Assembly: GCA_964230645.1 (NCBI GenBank)
Contig: CAXRHT010000002.1
Span: 416,001-480,000 of the forward strand
DNA length: 64,000 nt
Direction: 5' to 3'
From: Bdellovibrionales bacterium
GTDB lineage: Bacteria > Bdellovibrionota > Bdellovibrionia > Bdellovibrionales > JAGQZY01
In this document: piece after piece, positions 59,666-64,000 of the stretch
Position numbering within the stretch: the first letter of the stretch is position 1
Layout: every line of letters begins with the position of its first letter
Position numbers and translations under genes: made by a program
Notes under the pieces: model-generated
Database searches by the model: none
Told to the model about the DNA's origin: nothing
What the model saw: only the letters and a program-made list of their open reading frames with translations

Positions 59666-61812
59666 ACTTCTTCCTCAGGCCCCGAAAATTGGCAACGGGC
59701 TAGGGTGAGTTTCATCAATTGTTCTTGAGCTCCAACTGGCAATCCCTTAGGAGACTTTCTTTTCTCATAAGTTCCGTCACTTTGTTGCTCCCACGCACTT
59801 TGGTAATCACTGAGGGCAATTTCCAGAATTTCAAAAAGCTTACGCTTGAGACTGCGGTCTAAAACAGGTGTCACCACTTCCACCCGGCCATGCAAATTTC
59901 TTCTCATCCAGTCGGCCGAGCCAATAAAGTAAAGACCTTCGAGTGGATCTTCCTGAGCGTTTTGAAAATAAAAGATGCGGGAGTGCTCAAGGAAGCGGCC
60001 GAGGATGGAAACGACCTGGATGTTCTCGCTCAAGCCCTTCACTTGAGGTTTTAGACAGGAAAAGCCTCGAATATTAAGGTCCACCTTAACCCCGGCCTGC
60101 GAGGCCGTGTAGAGGAGCGAGATGATTTCGCGATCCTCAAGAGAATTAAATTTTGCAATAATTCGGGCGGGCTTCCCTTTTTTAGCATTGGCAATTTCGT
60201 TTTCGATAAGTTTTAGAAACTGCTCTTTCATATTCATGGGTGCTACGAGCAGGCTCTTAAACTCTCGCTGAAAGGATCGTCCCGTAAGAAAATGAAAAAG
60301 CTGAATGACATCCTGAGTGATCTTTTTATTACAAGTTAAAAGACCCACGTCGGTATATAACCTTGCCGTGGAAGAATTGTAGTTGCCCGTGCCGATATGA
60401 CTATAGGCGGTGATCTCTTTTCCTTCTTTGCGAAGAACTAAAGTGGTTTTACAGTGAGTCTTGAAACCGATAACCCCATAAACAACATGAATGCCTGCTT
60501 TTTCCATTTGTTGGGCCCAGAAAATGTTGCGTTCCTCATCGAAGCGAGCTTTGAGCTCAACCAGACAGACCACCTGCTTCCCCATTTCTGCGGCGTGAAT
60601 AAGGGAGGAAATAATCGAACTCTTTGCATTGGTACGGTAGAGAGTCATCTTTATGGCCAATACGTGCTCGTCCTCACTCGCTGAGCGAATAAAACGCTCA
60701 ACGGTGTTGGTAAAATTCTCGTAAGGATGATGAACCAACTGATCCCCTTGTTTGATCAAATCAAAAATGGAGCTTTGATTGTCTTGAAAGGGTGATAAAA
60801 CCCTCGGGTCCCACGAGGAATATTTGAGGTGAGGCAAAGGCAGGTCAGCAATATCAAAAAGAGAGGTGTAGTCCAATAATCCCGGAGTGACATAAATATC
60901 CTCCTCGTGAAGCTCAAGTTCGTCTCGAAGTAAATCCACCATCCAGGGGTCCGAGTTCTTACCCACCTGCAAACGCACAGCTTCGGCAAAACGCCGTTGG
61001 CGGATCTCTTCAGTGATCATCTCCAGGAGATCCTCTGCACCCTCTTCGTCCCTTTCTAAATCCGCATTGCGGGTGATTCGAAACGGCATAACTTTCAAAA
61101 TATTCATGTCAGGAAAGAGGTCTGCGAGGTTATGAGAGATCACCTGTAACAACGACACAAAAGTAACACCCTCGTTGTCTTTGTCCGACTCTACCTCAAT
61201 CCAAGCGGGAAAAATTCTAGGAACTTTCACGCGCCCAAAAAGAATTTCTTTTCCTTTTTTATTTTCTAACTTCAACGCCAAAGACAAAGAAAGATTCGAT
61301 ATAAAGGGAAATGGAAGAGCGTTATCAACCACAAGAGGCGTGAGCACCGGAAAAACGTTGGTCTGATAGTAATCTCTCATGGCCTCTTTTTGCTTAGAGG
61401 TGAGGTCTTTCCATTTTTTCAAATGAATATTGTGATCGGAGAGTTCTGGCAAAATTTCTTTTTTATAGATTTGAGTGACTTTTTTTGTGTCTTCGAGCAA
61501 GAATTCAGTGATTTTATGGAGCTGCTCTTTCGCTGTTAGACCATCATGAGATTTTTTAGACAGCCCATAATCCACCTGTCTTTTTAATCCCCCCACCCGC
61601 TTCATCACAAACTCATCCAAATTCGAAGTGAAAATCCCTAGAAAACGCACCCTCTCCAAAAGAGGAACCTCTCCGTCAGAAGCCAATTCTAGAACCCTAC
61701 GATTGAATTCTAGCCACTGAATTTCGCGGTTAAAAAAATGATCATAGTCTTGGGGTTGGTTTGAAGAATAACGTTTTTTGAGGGAGGACTTTTTAGACTG
61801 ACTCAATTTCAA
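59662..61812 (-). CDS. ppk1: Polyphosphate kinase 1
   Basis: NREIQWLEFNRRVL, NLDEF, HHPY, ELKARFDE, HIGTGNYN, GRFLEHSR and GSADWM.RN. Confidence 0.97.
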   Translation of the reverse strand: MKLSQSKKSSLKKRYSSNQPQDYDHFFNREIQWLEFNRRVLELASDGEVPLLERVRFLGIFTSNLDEFVMKRVGGLKRQVDYGLSKKSHDGLTAKEQLHKITEFLLEDTKKVTQIYKKEILPELSDHNIHLKKWKDLTSKQKEAMRDYYQTNVFPVLTPLVVDNALPFPFISNLSLSLALKLENKKGKEILFGRVKVPRIFPAWIEVESDKDNEGVTFVSLLQVISHNLADLFPDMNILKVMPFRITRNADLERDEEGAEDLLEMITEEIRQRRFAEAVRLQVGKNSDPWMVDLLRDELELHEEDIYVTPGLLDYTSLFDIADLPLPHLKYSSWDPRVLSPFQDNQSSIFDLIKQGDQLVHHPYENFTNTVERFIRSASEDEHVLAIKMTLYRTNAKSSIISSLIHAAEMGKQVVCLVELKARFDEERNIFWAQQMEKAGIHVVYGVIGFKTHCKTTLVLRKEGKEITAYSHIGTGNYNSSTARLYTDVGLLTCNKKITQDVIQLFHFLTGRSFQREFKSLLVAPMNMKEQFLKLIENEIANAKKGKPARIIAKFNSLEDREIISLLYTASQAGVKVDLNIRGFSCLKPQVKGLSENIQVVSILGRFLEHSRIFYFQNAQEDPLEGLYFIGSADWMRRNLHGRVEVVTPVLDRSLKRKLFEILEIALSDYQSAWEQQSDGTYEKRKSPKGLPVGAQEQLMKLTLARCQFSGPEEEV

Positions 61813-61833
61813 CTCTCAGCTTTAAGGGTTTTA

Positions 61834-62076
61834 TCAGCCTTCAGTACTTCCGTCGTCGCCAATACTTTCTACAGGACAGCCTTCCATAGCTTCCACACAG
61901 AGTTCCTCTTCTTCGGGACTCTCTGGTTGTTTAGCCACAAAGGCATGACCATCATCTTCATCAAGGTAAAAGTTATCCGGGGCTGTGAGGTTACAGGCCG
62001 CACAGTCTATACAAGATCGGTCGACATAGTATTTGCCGGGCTTGTTATCGGGATATTTGTCGTTAATATCAGCCAT
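61834..62076 (-). CDS. Monocluster ferredoxin
   Basis: CIDCAAC...AP...CPVESI. Confidence 0.92.
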   Translation of the reverse strand: MADINDKYPDNKPGKYYVDRSCIDCAACNLTAPDNFYLDEDDGHAFVAKQPESPEEEELCVEAMEGCPVESIGDDGSTEG

Positions 62077-62081
62077 AAATC

Positions 62082-62597
62082 CTAGGTTTCCAGTAGCCCC
62101 TCTTCGCGCAACTGGTGGCTAGCCAAGGAAGAGAGACCAAAAAATATCAACATAAAAGCCGTTGTGCTCATTAGAGTGAATCGGAAAAAGGGAAGGCCCA
62201 TCTGGTAACAGGTTAACAGTCCACTCAAATCAGGGGTATACATTTGCGAGCCGTACCAAACCCCAAAGTTGGAGAGGAGGAAAAAAACCACAGCTCCAAA
62301 AAGTCCTGAAAATGCGAATCCCGAAAACTTAAAGGAAGTCTTTGTGCCCACAAAAAAGAGAGCACCAAATGCTAGATAATTAAACAGCATCCCCGGATAA
62401 AACCCCAGAAGAGCATCACTGACAACAAGGGCCAATGCAGGAAGCGCTAAAAGACTGGGCTTTTTTTGAGCAAGAAAACCACTCATCAAGCATAAAGCAA
62501 GGACAGGTGAGAAATTAGCCGCGTGCGGATAAACACGAGACACAATCAAAAATAAACTTATCAAAGCCAACAGGCCTGCCAAAAACCATTTTCCCAT
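62082..62597 (-). CDS. DUF6580-family putative transport membrane protein
   Basis: SRVYPH.ANFSP, FFLLSNFGVW and YTPDLSGLLTCYQMGLPFF. Confidence 0.82.
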   Translation of the reverse strand: MGKWFLAGLLALISLFLIVSRVYPHAANFSPVLALCLMSGFLAQKKPSLLALPALALVVSDALLGFYPGMLFNYLAFGALFFVGTKTSFKFSGFAFSGLFGAVVFFLLSNFGVWYGSQMYTPDLSGLLTCYQMGLPFFRFTLMSTTAFMLIFFGLSSLASHQLREEGLLET

Positions 62598-62818
62598 GAT
62601 GAACTCCTTAAAACATAAGCTTTACCATGATTCCAAGGGGGATCACAAGCAAAGGCCTTTTATATTACACACTTAAAACCATAAATGCTTCGCATCAATA
62701 GCCCCCAAACCAGGGAATCAGTACTATTGTGTGCAAGAGACCTTTTAAGGGGTTCATTAAAACTCTCAAAAAGGTGAATGGCTCGTAATAGCTCAACAAC
62801 AAGGAATTAATCTTCATC

Positions 62819-63853
62819 ATGCTCAATTGGATGTTTTTCTGCTCATTTGTCATTTCCTTTGCGTTGACCATCGTCGGACTTCTTATGGATGTCACCTACC
62901 AGGTGCAAATGGCCCCTCGTGTGGAAAAGTTTCAGTCCTACCAACTTAAAAAACTTCCGGATTATCTACGCCTCAAAAAGAGGCTGGAGACTCATCCTAT
63001 ATTTAACCCGCAATTAGAGAGCGGAAAAAATTTCCAGACGCTGTGGCAAGAACTCACCCAGCGCCATGAGAATAAAAAGCTTTTAAGCCTCAAAGAAAAA
63101 AAAGTGATCATGGCCATGGGAGACGACTGGCTTGATCAAAAGCACAAAATTAAACTGCCACCGGTGGCTGTGGACTTGTTTGCCGAGATCTATGATTACA
63201 GCCACTGGGAAACCACAACCCCCATGGATGCCTGGGACGCCTCGGACCTTATAGTCAGTGGCCAACTTTACCTAGCCCACACCTTTCATTTTGAGCCTCT
63301 TAATATTCGGGAGTCACTAAAAAGGGTGCGTCACCTCGCCCTCATTCTACTTTCAATGGAAGATATGAATTTTAAGAGAGCCGGATTGTCGCTTCTTGAA
63401 AAAGAGCAGACCTTCACCACTGTGCTCGATAAAAAAATACTGGACTCTGAGCTTTTGTGGGCCCCAGTGAGTCTGGCCGAGTTGCGCGATTTTAGACATT
63501 ATATGAACCAAACCTCGGGGATGCTCAGCTACCTCTCCCCCCCCCAAGTCCTCGATAAAGTTTACTTAAAAGGATCACCCCCCACGGGATTTTGCTCAGT
63601 CATGCGAGAGAAAAATCGAATATTGAGCTGGTCGCGCTCCTTTCTTGATTCCAACTTTCCCTTTGAACCAAGCTTTCAAGAGAGAATTGATCTTATCGAC
63701 CAAATTAGACAACGGGGCCAAGAGGCGTGCCTCCCTCTGCCAAAACTGAAACCAGAGTCGAAAGGACGTTGGGTGACTCACATCCCTTACTACCGACGCC
63801 TCTACGCGATTAAAATGCTTTTGGATGCCAATAAAGTTTCGGAGCCACTATGA
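62819..63853 (+). CDS. Hypothetical protein with N-terminal TM anchor
   Basis: 344-aa ORF whose stop overlaps the next start (ATGA). Confidence 0.65.
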   Translation: MLNWMFFCSFVISFALTIVGLLMDVTYQVQMAPRVEKFQSYQLKKLPDYLRLKKRLETHPIFNPQLESGKNFQTLWQELTQRHENKKLLSLKEKKVIMAMGDDWLDQKHKIKLPPVAVDLFAEIYDYSHWETTTPMDAWDASDLIVSGQLYLAHTFHFEPLNIRESLKRVRHLALILLSMEDMNFKRAGLSLLEKEQTFTTVLDKKILDSELLWAPVSLAELRDFRHYMNQTSGMLSYLSPPQVLDKVYLKGSPPTGFCSVMREKNRILSWSRSFLDSNFPFEPSFQERIDLIDQIRQRGQEACLPLPKLKPESKGRWVTHIPYYRRLYAIKMLLDANKVSEPL

Positions 63854-64000
63854 GATTTCTTCATATTTGTCTTTCTGAAAGCTGGGGCGGCCTCGAGATG
63901 GCCATCCTTAAATGGAATCAAATTCTCTCTGAAAAAGGACATAAAAACACGACGATCTGTACGCCTAACTCTCCCCTTGCCGAGGCTCTAAAAGAAGAAG
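63850..64000 (+). CDS. Glycosyltransferase family 4, N-terminal part (truncated by the window end)
   Basis: Translates as MRFLHICLSESWGGLEMAILKWNQILSEKGH...SPL, a typical GT4 N-terminus (WGGxE). Confidence 0.75.
   Translation, partial: MRFLHICLSESWGGLEMAILKWNQILSEKGHKNTTICTPNSPLAEALKEE

Noticed and set aside
62598..62818. Cobalamin riboswitch upstream of the DUF6580 gene
   Set aside because: No recognisable B12-box or conserved core by eye. An Infernal/Rfam scan would be decisive.
1..64000. Prophage, IS/transposase, defence island, tRNA or rRNA
   Set aside because: No integrase, transposase, structural phage, restriction or toxin-antitoxin motifs recognised, and no cloverleaf or rRNA-like sequence seen by eye in the intergenic gaps.

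Overview
A gene-dense, moderately AT-rich bacterial chromosomal segment with about 57 CDS. It is most likely from a Bdellovibrionota (Bdellovibrio-like predator), inferred from FQNC/YQNC-type lipoprotein signals, a CxxVF-type secreted-protein start, a DUF1592/DUF1552 pair and many orphan lipoproteins. Housekeeping genes include sucA-sucB-lpdA, lgt, an NfuA-like protein, an ABC-F ATPase, arginase, pirin with a glutathionyl-hydroquinone reductase, RND plus TolC, ppx, ppk1 and ferredoxins. I saw no rRNA, tRNA, CRISPR, phage or transposase genes. Most notable observations: (1) a secreted orphan protein with five IGF/LGF motifs, the ClpP-docking tripeptide, in an acidic tail (candidate multivalent ClpP binder or activator); (2) a 27-bp palindromic operator repeated 55 kb apart in front of gene families typical of light/photo-oxidative stress clusters (candidate CarH/LitR-like regulon); (3) three loci of a REP/REPIN family with compensatory stem changes whose outer ends have been amplified into locus-specific tandem arrays; (4) a beta-barrel + multi-domain lipoprotein + 5'-nucleotidase-C/OB/EEP nuclease operon (candidate extracellular DNA-scavenging system); (5) a DUF885 lipoprotein frameshifted at an A8 tract. 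All family assignments come from motif recognition, not from database searches.
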